Origin: Candidatus Eiseniibacteriota bacterium
GTDB lineage: Bacteria; Eisenbacteria; RBG-16-71-46; CAZAMP01
Reading direction: 5' to 3'
Length of the DNA: 64,000 nucleotides
Assembly: GCA_965224245.1 (NCBI GenBank)
Contig: OZ245046.1
Location: 640,001 to 704,000 of the forward strand
Below are positions 36,501 to 45,674 of the stretch, in pieces (positions within the stretch are counted from its first letter, which is position 1; each line of letters opens with the position of its first letter). Made by a program: the position numbers and the translations under genes. The notes beneath the pieces were generated by a model. That model did not search any database. It saw only the letters and a program-made list of their open reading frames with translations, and was not told the origin of the DNA.

Positions 36501-38466
36501 AGTCGACGTCATCGAGGTCGTGCTCGAAGGCATCGAAGACGTGGGCGAGTTCGTCGGTCTCCGTCGTCTCCGGAGATGGACCCGGGACCTGTCCGCCGGC
36601 CGACACCAGCATCGAGCGGTAGCGGGGCTCCCCGGGCAGCTCCTCGAGCAGGCCGCCCAGCATTGCCTGGGCCTCCGCGAGAGCCCCTCCACGGATGCGC
36701 TCCCCTGCGACCATCAGTCGTGCCCAGCGGGCTCGGGGATGGGCCTCGATCACGCGCTCGGCGATCCGTCGCATGGCGTCGGGGCGCTCGTACATCCCCG
36801 CGTACGCGTAGAGCACGGTGAGCGGGTCGACGTCCAGGTCGTCCTGGCGCTGGAGCCAGGTGTCGAGCCGCGCTTGGGCGGCCGCCGGGCTGTCGAACCG
36901 ATTGATGACGTCGAGCTCCAGCTGGATCAATACGGGGGTGCCGTCGCACCGCTCTCGCATCCGTGCCAGCATGTCGCGCGCGAAGGACTCGTCGTCGATC
37001 TCGAACGCGATCCGCGCGACGCTGTGCATCAGGAAGAGGTTGTTCGGCTCCAGCGCGAGGGCCCTCTCCGCCAGCGTCCGTGCACGTTCGCGTCGCTCGA
37101 GGGTGGCGGATCGGTATGCCGCGGAGACCACGTGCCACGGGTTGCCGGTCTGCAGGCGGTCGACGTCGTCGTATCGGCCACGGATCTCGGCCACCTCGAT
37201 CGCGCGCCGGGGGAACCGGTCGGCGCTCACGCCGGCCGCGGTCAACGAATCCAGCATGGCGGCGGCCTGATCGACGTCCTGCTCGATCAGGTCGTCCAGT
37301 CGCCGCTGGAGGGCCAGGGCTGGATTCTCACGACGGACGAGTGCGTCCACGGAATCCGCGCGCGCAGAGAGACCCAGAAATCGCAGGCACCGGCGCACCG
37401 ACTCGACGGCGGCGGAGTCGAGCGTGTGCTCGATCAGTGCGTTCGCCGACGCCCGCAACGTGTCGGGGTCGGCGTCGCCCTCCACCATGAAGTCGAGCTT
37501 CTGCCGGAGCACGTAGGTTGAGGTGACATCGAGATCCGCCGACATCGTCGAGCACAGTGCGTGGTAGCCGAGCCCCTTCAACGCGCCGACCTCCGCTGAT
37601 CGGGCGGCGTTCTGGAGGTCGGGGTGCTCGGCGACGACGTCGGCCAGCGACATGATCTCGTCGGCCGACAGTCGCGACGAGGCCTCGGCGAACAGGTCGT
37701 AGACGAGACGGTCGTCGCACGCCGGGCACTCGGCGAGGGATCGAGTCCAGGTGTCCCGGAACGCGCTCAGCTCGTCGGAAACCTGGTGGAGCTCCGCCAG
37801 GACGTCGAGCTCGCGCCGGAACTGCGCGTTCAGCGGGGTCGCATACCCGGCGTCGAGCGCCTCCCTGTACGTCTCCAGGGCGTCGCCGAGGTCTCGGGAC
37901 TTGGCCAGGTAGATCCCGGACTCGACCCACTCGCGGGCCACCACCGGATCCTGCTCGACGACGCGGAGATCCGCCTCCTGCTTCACCGGCTCGGACATGG
38001 CGAGCTCCCGGCGGAGACGAAGGCGGTAGAACCGGGGCCAGGCCCAGTCGGACCGCGCATCCACCGAGGCGTCGAACGCCGCCAGGGCGCTGATCAGCCT
38101 CCGCCGGTAGTACTCGGTCAGTCCCAGCATGAACGCGCGCCCCTCCGGCGTTCGGGCGACCTCGGGGACGTCGGACGGTGCGGAGCCAGAGGCGAGCCGG
38201 CGGGCCAGGTCCGGCAGTCCGAGCCCATCCCGGCGCGCCAGGACGACCTCGCGAAGCGTGTACCCGTCGACCGGATCGCGCTCGAGAATCCGATGCCGGA
38301 GCTCGAGCGCCCGATCCACGTCGTGCGTCCGGCGTGCCTCGGTGGCGGCGACTCGCTCGGAGTCGAGCGGGTCGGGCTCGTATGGCGGTAGCGAGATCGC
38401 GCTGCTCGCGCTCGCGAGTGCGAGCATGAGAGCAAAGAGACCGGCAGTCGGGGAGTGGATCGACAT
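33541..38466 (-). CDS. Exported TPR-DUF3857-transglutaminase-like protein (1641 aa)
   Basis: Signal peptide; TPRs; DUF3857 (FPDLTVGCSL); triad GDCKD / FTHVIV / CDLT; C-terminal TPRs (NNLAW). Confidence 0.85.
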   Translation of the reverse strand: MSIHSPTAGLFALMLALASASSAISLPPYEPDPLDSERVAATEARRTHDVDRALELRHRILERDPVDGYTLREVVLARRDGLGLPDLARRLASGSAPSDVPEVARTPEGRAFMLGLTEYYRRRLISALAAFDASVDARSDWAWPRFYRLRLRRELAMSEPVKQEADLRVVEQDPVVAREWVESGIYLAKSRDLGDALETYREALDAGYATPLNAQFRRELDVLAELHQVSDELSAFRDTWTRSLAECPACDDRLVYDLFAEASSRLSADEIMSLADVVAEHPDLQNAARSAEVGALKGLGYHALCSTMSADLDVTSTYVLRQKLDFMVEGDADPDTLRASANALIEHTLDSAAVESVRRCLRFLGLSARADSVDALVRRENPALALQRRLDDLIEQDVDQAAAMLDSLTAAGVSADRFPRRAIEVAEIRGRYDDVDRLQTGNPWHVVSAAYRSATLERRERARTLAERALALEPNNLFLMHSVARIAFEIDDESFARDMLARMRERCDGTPVLIQLELDVINRFDSPAAAQARLDTWLQRQDDLDVDPLTVLYAYAGMYERPDAMRRIAERVIEAHPRARWARLMVAGERIRGGALAEAQAMLGGLLEELPGEPRYRSMLVSAGGQVPGPSPETTETDELAHVFDAFEHDLDDVDWILERMASEDTVSAGYGTRTLLSQASLSSVGPSRLTSRRRTTIQVLARDGLVDVQPMRIAFRAGRSMPRVRVARVIHPDGRITDVSRSDFYVSSSSVGNADIDDWRELTIPFPDLTVGCSLDLVFDQHEESFFDGGWSVRHLFGGFSPILEEVLELRVRRDSPLHLMTHDDVAPADTWTDGTYALHRWRVEAPELWVATDVGNLIESYPWVAASTYASWPDAVREYARTFWSRVEASDEIRELATRVTADAHGEREIVAALFRHIVSEVEYLSIALDRGSVVPTAAREVARRGYGDCKDMVVLMLACLEAVGVDAEPVLLAPRPDVRIHEDQPEPGEFTHVIVRVHVGSGREVFCDLTSGIPCYDYLPAADTGVTGLVLPRGDDATLVDIPLQEPDRTGMELEVDIFPESARRARIEVSNRLTGDVAAQLHGLMEHPDTNVVNYVITRALGYGLWSSCRRVDWAMLESECEDVTLRGTFVDTSWAPDRNTVAFRHDTEVADPFLSFPDVDQRGVAIELAYPYRGHATLRFHHGAGWRADEEVVPLSVAGPGYEGRIRARTRSDGDDRWVEVTQDFAMDRVFLDGDAYRTFRKDWLRFRAGVVQPYSYNHLADESEFDSIRAYVKDYPDDHGFVIQAVARILGNDVGGAGEEGERRRTFAHDLLADVAGDTSAGPYPLFLLAAIELADGRHFLADSLADTAGERAPSDLLVLQLRLGIKQELGDVDGEIEILEQIDRQYGSRESQLALVDAFCAAGRHEDAVRLERRIFALHPETDSLTIVRARIGGHSRRNECDRLEEDLSRFASLKGDPDELEQHRVGYDWACGDVAATIPTLEDVYERDPTNPTSCNNLAWSLALCGRDLDRAEELMETALILSADDPTYRNTLAAIQMRRGKWDAALELVERVLADDDRPLTQMVNRYFAGLCHYARGDHERGISTLETASDVECALGRKWRQRISDSLERARRGESPLDVLFVDVPMELTRS

Positions 38467-38601
38467 GAGGTCGCCTTCGTTCGTCACGGACCGGCGACCG
38501 CCCCCGGGCCGATCGAGCCCGCGGGCAGCGGACGTCACGCGCACCCGGGTCGCAGCCGTGAGCTCCGCGATGCGGATTGATGGTGCCGAAGCGTCGATCG
38601 G

Positions 38602-38630
38602 ATGGTACGTCCCCTGATTCTCGATTGGAA
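38602..38630 (-). promoter_or_regulatory. Putative sigma70-type promoter
   Basis: TTCCAA-N17-TACCAT upstream of ATG 38466. Confidence 0.45.
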
Positions 38631-38795
38631 GGGAATAGCGCCGTCGGTCGGCTCGTCTGGGTGCGGTTCCCGCCGATGCATGCGCGCGAGGACCGGCGGG
38701 CCCGATGCGTCGAGCAGGAAAACGTCGCCGGGACACCAGTTCTCGGGCGTGGGACGTGTAGGGATGTCGACGAGACGTGAACCGAGGAGTGATCG

Positions 38796-38909
38796 ATGTC
38801 CAGCGCCATGTTGCTTCGATACCGGGCAGACGGACCTGCCACCCACGTACCGCTTCGCCTCGCGGCCCTGCTCGCCGTCCTGATCACGGCGGGATGCCTG
38901 CTGGGCTGA
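38796..38909 (+). CDS. Putative 37-aa membrane/lipopeptide
   Basis: GAGGAG 6 nt before ATG; MSSAMLLRYRADGPATHVPLRLAALLAVLITAGCLLG*. Confidence 0.4.
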   Translation: MSSAMLLRYRADGPATHVPLRLAALLAVLITAGCLLG

Positions 38910-39024
38910 TCCTCGCGTATCATCGCGGACATCCGATCGCCGGAGCGAACCGGGCTCGTGCGACCGTCCCGACGCTCGTCGAAGCGCACCCATCCCGACG
39001 CTCCGCGCGGAGAGGAGGCCCGCA

Positions 39025-40230
39025 GTGCCCAGCAAGAGGTCCCATCCGCGATGGACTCCCACCGGGAGCGCCCCCTGGCGCCGCTGGGGCGACGATCTGG
39101 AGCCGGAGTCGATCCGCCAGATCGAGGACGCCTGCCGCCTGCCGATCTCCGTTCGTGGGGCGCTGATGCCCGACGCTCATCGGGGCTACGGGCTTCCGAT
39201 CGGCGGCGTCCTGGCCACCCGCGACGCGGTGATCCCGTACGCGGTCGGGGTGGACATCGCGTGTCGGGTGCGCATGTCGGTGCTCGACGTCGACCCGCTG
39301 GAGCTGGACCGACGGAGGTCGCGCTTCGAGTCGGCCATTCAGCGCGAGACACGATTCGGGATCGGGGCCGCGTTCGTGAAGCGACGTCGCCACGAGGTCC
39401 TCGACGACGACTGGGACGTGTCTCCGGTCACCTCGTCGCTCAAGGACCGGGCCTGGGCTCAGCTGGGGACCAGTGGAAGCGGCAACCACTTCGTCGAGTT
39501 CGGGGTCCTCGAGGTCGATCGCGACGACGTGCCGGGTCTCGGACCGGGGCGATACCTGGCCTTCCTCAGCCACTCCGGCAGTCGCGGCACCGGCGCGAAC
39601 GTCGCGTCCCACTACAGCAAGCTCGCCAAGCGCCTTCATCCGGAGCTCCCACGCGAGCTGCAGAACCTCGCGTGGCTGGATCTAGCGACCCACGAGGGAC
39701 AGGAGTACTGGAACGCGATGGAGCTGATGGGCCGATACGCGGCGGCGAACCATGCCTGCATCCACCGGTACGTCGCGCTCCGGCTCGGGGCGGAGGTCGT
39801 GTTCGATCTCGAGAATCACCACAACTTCGCGTGGCGCGAGATGCACGACGGAGAGCCTCTGATCGTGCACCGGAAGGGGGCGACGCCCGCGGGCGAGGGC
39901 GTGCTCGGGATCATCCCGGGCTCGATGGCCACGCCGACGTACGTCGTGCGCGGGCTCGGGAGCGACGCGTCGCTGTGCTCGGCCGCACACGGCGCGGGCC
40001 GCGTCATGAGTCGGACACAGGCCAAGAAGACGCTCCGCTGGAAGGACGCCGCGGCTCAGCTCGAGGCCGCCGGCGTCACGCTGATCTCGGCCGGGCTGGA
40101 CGAGGTGCCCGCCGTCTACAAGGACATCGACGCCGTGATGCGAGCCCAGTCCGATCTCGTGGAGCCCCTCGCGACGTTCCGTCCCCGGCTCGTCAAGATG
40201 GCGCCGGCGGGTGAGCGCCCCGAGGACTGA
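39025..40230 (+). CDS. rtcB: RtcB RNA 2',3'-cyclic phosphate ligase
   Basis: MPDAH.GYG.PIGG, VGVDIAC, QLGT.GSGNHF.E, HSGSRG, NHHN, HRKGAT, PGSM, HGAGR, DE.P.VYK. Confidence 0.95.
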   Translation: MPSKRSHPRWTPTGSAPWRRWGDDLEPESIRQIEDACRLPISVRGALMPDAHRGYGLPIGGVLATRDAVIPYAVGVDIACRVRMSVLDVDPLELDRRRSRFESAIQRETRFGIGAAFVKRRRHEVLDDDWDVSPVTSSLKDRAWAQLGTSGSGNHFVEFGVLEVDRDDVPGLGPGRYLAFLSHSGSRGTGANVASHYSKLAKRLHPELPRELQNLAWLDLATHEGQEYWNAMELMGRYAAANHACIHRYVALRLGAEVVFDLENHHNFAWREMHDGEPLIVHRKGATPAGEGVLGIIPGSMATPTYVVRGLGSDASLCSAAHGAGRVMSRTQAKKTLRWKDAAAQLEAAGVTLISAGLDEVPAVYKDIDAVMRAQSDLVEPLATFRPRLVKMAPAGERPED

Positions 40231-40348
40231 ACCTCGGTCCTGCCGGGCTCCCGGATTCCCGACGCCACCAGAACTCCGTCCCCCGGGCCGTATGCCGGAG
40301 AGACCCGCCGGCCACGTCACCCCGAGCGGCGGGGAAAGGAGACGCCCC

Positions 40349-41101
40349 GTGGACATCCTGTGCCGTGGACTCCGGGATCGGCGCCAGGCCGCCTCGGACG
40401 AGACGATCTCGGTCGCCGACAAGGCCATCTTCGCGGGAGGCTCCATCGCGCGTGCCCGCGGCGCCGTGGGGCTTCGGCGAACCGACCGCCCCGCGGAGCA
40501 GATCCGTGCCATCATCCTCCACCAGACCTGGGGACGGACCTTTCTCCCGGGCACGCGATCGGCGTACCCGCGCGATCGTGCCGGTGACGCGAACGTCCGG
40601 AGTCACCACGCCATCGACCGCGTCGCGGCCCATTTCGTCGTGTTGAACGACGGAACGATCTTCTACACCCACGACATCGAGTATGTAATCAACAGCGCGG
40701 GTCGACGGTACGGGATCGACATCGAGTTCGCGGGCCGGTTCACCCGCACCCGACGGCTGAGCGTGGCGGCGATCCGGTCGGGTCGCGAGCTCCTGCGCGT
40801 GCTCACGCGGCGGCTGCCGGAGATCACGCACGTGCATCCCCATGGGCAGGTCCAGCGCCGGGACGCTCAGGGGCTGTGCGGCGGTGCCACCGGGAACCGA
40901 TGCGACAAGCACGACACGTGTCCCGGCCCCGACGTGTGGGTGAACGTCGGCGAGTGGGCGGTTCGCTCCCTCGGGCTGACCGCCGACACTACGTTGCCCT
41001 ACTACCAGAACAACGGGATCAGCGACGCGCAGCGGGATCGATCCTTCGACCAGGACCTCGAGCTCTTTCTCGACGAGATCTACCCCATCGCGGCGCCGTG
41101 A
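40349..41101 (+). CDS. N-acetylmuramoyl-L-alanine amidase (Amidase_2, PGRP/T7-lysozyme type)
   Basis: IILHQT, AHFVV..DG, GIDIEFAG, HPHGQ, TCPG (His-His-Cys Zn ligands); AAAGGAG before GTG 40349. Confidence 0.78.
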   Translation: MDILCRGLRDRRQAASDETISVADKAIFAGGSIARARGAVGLRRTDRPAEQIRAIILHQTWGRTFLPGTRSAYPRDRAGDANVRSHHAIDRVAAHFVVLNDGTIFYTHDIEYVINSAGRRYGIDIEFAGRFTRTRRLSVAAIRSGRELLRVLTRRLPEITHVHPHGQVQRRDAQGLCGGATGNRCDKHDTCPGPDVWVNVGEWAVRSLGLTADTTLPYYQNNGISDAQRDRSFDQDLELFLDEIYPIAAP

Positions 41102-41528
41102 CGGCGCCACGCCGGGTGGGGAACGCCGCTCGATCTCGCGATCCGGTCAGCTTGACGCGTTCACGGCGCCGAGCACCTGCGCCCACTGGGCCTACATGCT
41201 GCTGGTGCGCGCGACACGGCATCGTCGGTGGTTTCAGCGATCTCGCGGTGGTATGCGGGCGACATGCGGCGCGCTGGCGAACCGGTCGTCCTGAGCGGTG
41301 CGGTCTCGGTTGTCGCGTCCGAGGCGGGCAATCGGATCTTTCTCGACGGAGGCTGAGCCCGAACGGCGAGCGCAGAGAGGTTGGACCTGGATCGGTACCC
41401 TGGGCGGGTGTGCGCGACGGCACCGGTCGCCTTCAAGCCGATGCTGCCAGATCTCCGCCATGATGCAGGTCAATCCGTTCGGATCACGTGGTAAGCTCGC
41501 ATGGCGTCGACTCTCGGGAGGTTGGCGA

Positions 41529-44009
41529 ATGCGATTCCCCGGTACCGGGTTGCTCGGATCTCCACTCACGCGCGCGTTGTTACGCCCCGTGCTCGTTCTG
41601 TTGGCTACAGTCGTCGGTGTCGGCTCGCCGCATCGGTCGACCGCCGACTGCGTCGACTACACCGGATACCTCCACACCGTCGGTGGACTCGTTCTGTCGG
41701 AGAGCCAGCCGACGACGGCAGTCGCCGTCGCCGGGGAGAACGCCTACGCGACGACGCACGGGACCTTCCACGTGGTCAGCCTGGCGGACCCGACGCTCCC
41801 TGTCGTGATCGGCACGGTACCGATCGCCGGTACGGTGGTGAGGGTGCGTCCATCGTCGCTGCACGCTTATCTTGCCTCTGGAGCAAACGGGTTGGAGATC
41901 GTAGATGTCTCCGATCCGACATCGCCGAAGCTGGTGGACACATACTCGACCGGCGGCAGCATCGGGGGAGTCGCGATCGCCGACGACATCGCCTGCCTGA
42001 CCGCGTATGGCGCAGGCATGATTCTGCTCGACGTCTCGAACCCCACCGCGCCGGTTCTCCTGGGAGAGGTGGACACGCCGGGAATCGCGATGGACGTCTC
42101 TCTGCGTGACGGGTATGCGTTCGTGGCTGAGGTGGACTCCGGGCTGACCGTCGTCGACGTCCGAGCACCGACCGTGCCCATGATCGTGGAGCGTTTCACG
42201 GACTACGGGACGACGGCCGTCCACGTGTCCGGCGGGCGCGCCTACGTTGCCACGGTTTCCGATGGGCTCGCGATACTGGACGTCACGGATCCCGCCGACG
42301 TCAGGCTCTCCGGCACTGTGGCCCCCGACTGGTCGTCATCGGTGAGTGGGGTCGCCGTTCGCGGTACGGATGTCTTCACGGTTGCCGGCGGGATCGGCAC
42401 CCTGGTCGCGATCGATGCCGCGGGCCCCACGGCGCCCTTCGTTACAGGAGTCCTCTACACAGGTGGGGCACTCGCCGCGAGTAGTCAGTACATCGTGACG
42501 GCTCGGATGTCGGTCGTCGACATTGCGTCGACGTCGGCACTGTCCCTCGAGGCGACGCTGGATCTCCCGTGCTCGGCGATGCTGGTGTCGGACGACGTGG
42601 CCTATCTCGTCGAGCAGGGAGAGGTGTGGGACCAGCGCGACGTGCAGGTTCTCGACATGGCCGAGCCGCTGTCACCCGCGGTCACGTCGACGGTCGACAC
42701 CCCCGGCGAGGCCCGGGACTTCGTTCTGTCCGGGGAGCGACTGTACGTCGCCGACGGGACAGGGGGACTCGCGATCGTCAACGTGTCCATTCCGACAGCC
42801 GCTTACCTGGAGGGAAGCGTCGACGAGATGCCGGGCATCGCCGAGGAGATAGCGCTATCGGGGACGGTCGCGTACGTGACCCAGTTCGACCTGCCTCCGA
42901 CCTCCCTGCACGTGTTCAACGTCGCGAATCCCACGGCGCCACTTCACGTTCGGTGGGTCGAGACCCCGGGGCTCCCCAGTGCGATGGCCACGGTCGCGGG
43001 GCACTTGCTGGTCGGTGACACAGCCGAAGGGCTCGTGGTGATGAGCCTCTCGAACCCACTGGATCCGACCATCGTTCACACTGTCGAGCTCCCAGCCGCG
43101 TGGCGCGTCGGCGACATTCTCGTCGACGGGGGAACCGCCTATGTCACCGCCGACGAGGCCGGCATCTACGTCGTGGACGTGTCGGACCCCGTAGCGGCCA
43201 GCCTCCTGGCCCGTGTGCCGACGGTGCAGCCGGCGTTGGAGCTGGCGCTGGAGGGTTCAATCCTGTACGTCAGCCTGCAGTTCGGCGGCCTGATGCTGTT
43301 CGACGTCTCGGATCCGGCGCGACCGGTACGGAGCGGGGAGACGGTCCTCGTGCCCGAGCAATGGATCGTAGACGTTGCGCTATCGCACGACTACGTCTAC
43401 GCCCCAACCGGGGACTCATTGGTGGTGTTTCCCAGGCATTGCTCTGACAACACCCCTGTCCTGGTGGAACACACGGAGGTCACGGTGGCGCGCGATGCGG
43501 TGGTCGTCGAGTGGAGTACCGGGGACACCCGGGATGTCCTGGGATTCGATCTGATCCGCCGCGACGTCACCTCGAGCGAGGAGCACGTCGTTAACGACGT
43601 GCAGCTTCCGCCGACGGGCCGTCATCGTGTCGAGGATCGAACCGTGGTCGCCGGGCGTGTCTATCATTACTTCATCGAGTGCGTTCTCCGGAGTCTCTCA
43701 CGGAACCGCATCGGCCCTCTGGTGGCAAGCGTTCCCGATGAGGTGATCCCGATCGTGCACCCGAACCCGTTCGCGAGCGCCGTGGCGTTCTCGCTCCCAC
43801 GCGCGGCGAGCGACGTCTCGGTACACGTGTACGACGTGCTGGGTCGTGTCGTCCGGCACTTCGAGTCGATTGCGGCGGGGACGGCGGAGCTCGTTTGGGA
43901 TGGACGTGACGACCGGGGCTTCTCGCTGGCCGCGGGCACCTACTACGCTGACCTGACCGTCGATGGTCGGTCCCACGTCGTCCGCGTCGTTCTCGATCCC
44001 CGTCAGTGA
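41529..44009 (+). CDS. Secreted LVIVD-repeat protein with FlgD/T9SS-like CTD
   Basis: GGGAGG RBS, signal peptide, LVIVD repeats, PNPF..WDGRDD..GTYY CTD. Confidence 0.88.
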   Translation: MRFPGTGLLGSPLTRALLRPVLVLLATVVGVGSPHRSTADCVDYTGYLHTVGGLVLSESQPTTAVAVAGENAYATTHGTFHVVSLADPTLPVVIGTVPIAGTVVRVRPSSLHAYLASGANGLEIVDVSDPTSPKLVDTYSTGGSIGGVAIADDIACLTAYGAGMILLDVSNPTAPVLLGEVDTPGIAMDVSLRDGYAFVAEVDSGLTVVDVRAPTVPMIVERFTDYGTTAVHVSGGRAYVATVSDGLAILDVTDPADVRLSGTVAPDWSSSVSGVAVRGTDVFTVAGGIGTLVAIDAAGPTAPFVTGVLYTGGALAASSQYIVTARMSVVDIASTSALSLEATLDLPCSAMLVSDDVAYLVEQGEVWDQRDVQVLDMAEPLSPAVTSTVDTPGEARDFVLSGERLYVADGTGGLAIVNVSIPTAAYLEGSVDEMPGIAEEIALSGTVAYVTQFDLPPTSLHVFNVANPTAPLHVRWVETPGLPSAMATVAGHLLVGDTAEGLVVMSLSNPLDPTIVHTVELPAAWRVGDILVDGGTAYVTADEAGIYVVDVSDPVAASLLARVPTVQPALELALEGSILYVSLQFGGLMLFDVSDPARPVRSGETVLVPEQWIVDVALSHDYVYAPTGDSLVVFPRHCSDNTPVLVEHTEVTVARDAVVVEWSTGDTRDVLGFDLIRRDVTSSEEHVVNDVQLPPTGRHRVEDRTVVAGRVYHYFIECVLRSLSRNRIGPLVASVPDEVIPIVHPNPFASAVAFSLPRAASDVSVHVYDVLGRVVRHFESIAAGTAELVWDGRDDRGFSLAAGTYYADLTVDGRSHVVRVVLDPRQ

Positions 44010-44033
44010 GGTCGCAGGCGCCGTATCGTCGTC

Positions 44034-45644
44034 TCACTCCGACGGAATCATGACCCACGGATGGACCCGACCACTCTCGCTCACACTCCCGACGAGCGTC
44101 TCGCCACGGATCGTGGCCTCGAACGCGATCATCTCCTCGCCGTTCGGGAAGTCGAAGCGGATCGACGATCCATGGCAGTGCACGTTCGTCAACGGCAGCC
44201 CGGCGACGCCCTCACCCGGAAAGTCGATCGTCCCCGTCCACTCCTCATCCATTTGACCGAGCTCGACCCCGATGTCGTAGTCGAGTACTCGTCCGGTCCA
44301 GCGCCCGGCCGGTGACCGACCGTTCGCGGCCGAGAGGAGCGCAAGAACAGCCTCCAGCGCCGCGTCGCGGCCCGCCCGCCCGTCGGCCGAGGTCTCGATA
44401 GCCGGGATGTGGGGCTCCAGCGACTCTCGTGAGTCCTTCGGTCCCGCGTACTGCCAGTACAGCGTCGAGACGCGGAGCGTGAGACCGGTGTTGGGCAACC
44501 GGATCTTCCGGGAGTCCCCGAAGTGGTTCGGCCTCGCACCCGTGGGCTCGCCCACGAAGATCGCGCTCGTGTGCGTCTCGAGATCGAGCGCGAACATCAT
44601 GGCCGCCGAGAAGGTGTTCCGACCGATCAGCACGAACAGCCGGCCGGGCGGATCCAGCGCGCGACATCGGATCAGCGCGTGCAGGAACGAGCGGTTCAGG
44701 GAGTTGTCGCCGCCGCGATTGAACCGGAGGTCCAGCACGAGTGCGGCCGCCTTCGTCGATTCGACGACACCGGTGAGGCGGGTGGCGAACGCGGCGATCG
44801 TCTCGTCCTCCTCGTCGTAGACCTCGTCGTACTGGCCGTACACGACGTTCGGCTCGTCGAGCACCTCGAACCAGAAGTTGCGGTCCGGATGCCCGTCGCG
44901 GAGCGGCGAGACACCCGAGAGCGAGCTCGCGCTCACCCACTCGGCGGCGGTGCCCTCCGGAACCGGCGACAGCACGACGGTGTGTCGGTCGCCGTCGGCG
45001 GACGAGAGCGCGAGGCGCACGTGGCCGGGGTCCTCGACGATTCCGAGCGCGTGAAGGAGCTCGGGCAGGACCAGGCGAGAGGGAAGCAGAGCGCGGCGCT
45101 GATGGTCGTTGTCGTGGTGAACGACGCGTGAGACCCGCGTCACGACCTCGTCGATGGGCACGCCGCCGATGCCCTCCACGCGGGCGCCCAGATCGCCGGC
45201 GTGCTCGCGGCCGATCTCGTGCACGAACAGGCCGTCGGCGAACGCGGCCAGCCGCACCGGGAGGTAGCGAAACCGCATGGCCGGGAACGCCGGCGGGGGA
45301 GTCGGCGAGTGGCCGGTGAAGAACCCGCTGCCGTCGACGATGGGCAGGGTCAGTCGCGTGTGGCCGTCCCCGACGGCGGCCACGATGGCGGCCAGCTCCA
45401 CGATGAGCTCGTGATGGGACATCGACGGTGTCCGCGCGATGAGGGTGTCGATCGATGCGTCGAACGCATCGCGGGTCATCGCGTGGAAGAGGTCGGGGTG
45501 TACGTCGGGCATCCGCTCGCGGACGAACCGAAGGTCCTCGGCCCAGGCCGCCGCGTGGTCGGGGGACACGACGTCGCCCCTCGCGGAGTCGCTCGCGAGG
45601 ACGAAGCCGAAGAGGAAGCACGTGAGGGCGTGGCGGATCGTCAT
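44034..45644 (-). CDS. Exported S41-family peptidase-like protein
   Basis: Signal peptide, DGHT, VLDLRFNRGG, TFSAA, GEPTG. Confidence 0.8.
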   Translation of the reverse strand: MTIRHALTCFLFGFVLASDSARGDVVSPDHAAAWAEDLRFVRERMPDVHPDLFHAMTRDAFDASIDTLIARTPSMSHHELIVELAAIVAAVGDGHTRLTLPIVDGSGFFTGHSPTPPPAFPAMRFRYLPVRLAAFADGLFVHEIGREHAGDLGARVEGIGGVPIDEVVTRVSRVVHHDNDHQRRALLPSRLVLPELLHALGIVEDPGHVRLALSSADGDRHTVVLSPVPEGTAAEWVSASSLSGVSPLRDGHPDRNFWFEVLDEPNVVYGQYDEVYDEEDETIAAFATRLTGVVESTKAAALVLDLRFNRGGDNSLNRSFLHALIRCRALDPPGRLFVLIGRNTFSAAMMFALDLETHTSAIFVGEPTGARPNHFGDSRKIRLPNTGLTLRVSTLYWQYAGPKDSRESLEPHIPAIETSADGRAGRDAALEAVLALLSAANGRSPAGRWTGRVLDYDIGVELGQMDEEWTGTIDFPGEGVAGLPLTNVHCHGSSIRFDFPNGEEMIAFEATIRGETLVGSVSESGRVHPWVMIPSE

Positions 45645-45674
45645 GCGGACAGGACGTCCGACCCGCCCCGGAAG

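Noticed and set aside
33703-37521. 1272-aa plus-strand ORF, and similar long antisense ORFs (28978-31362, 13619-16117, 51689-53317)
   Set aside because: These are shadow frames of real genes. High GC3 removes stop codons on the opposite strand, and the translations have no motifs.
40349-41101. Prophage lysis cassette
   Set aside because: No holin, structural, terminase or integrase genes in the window.
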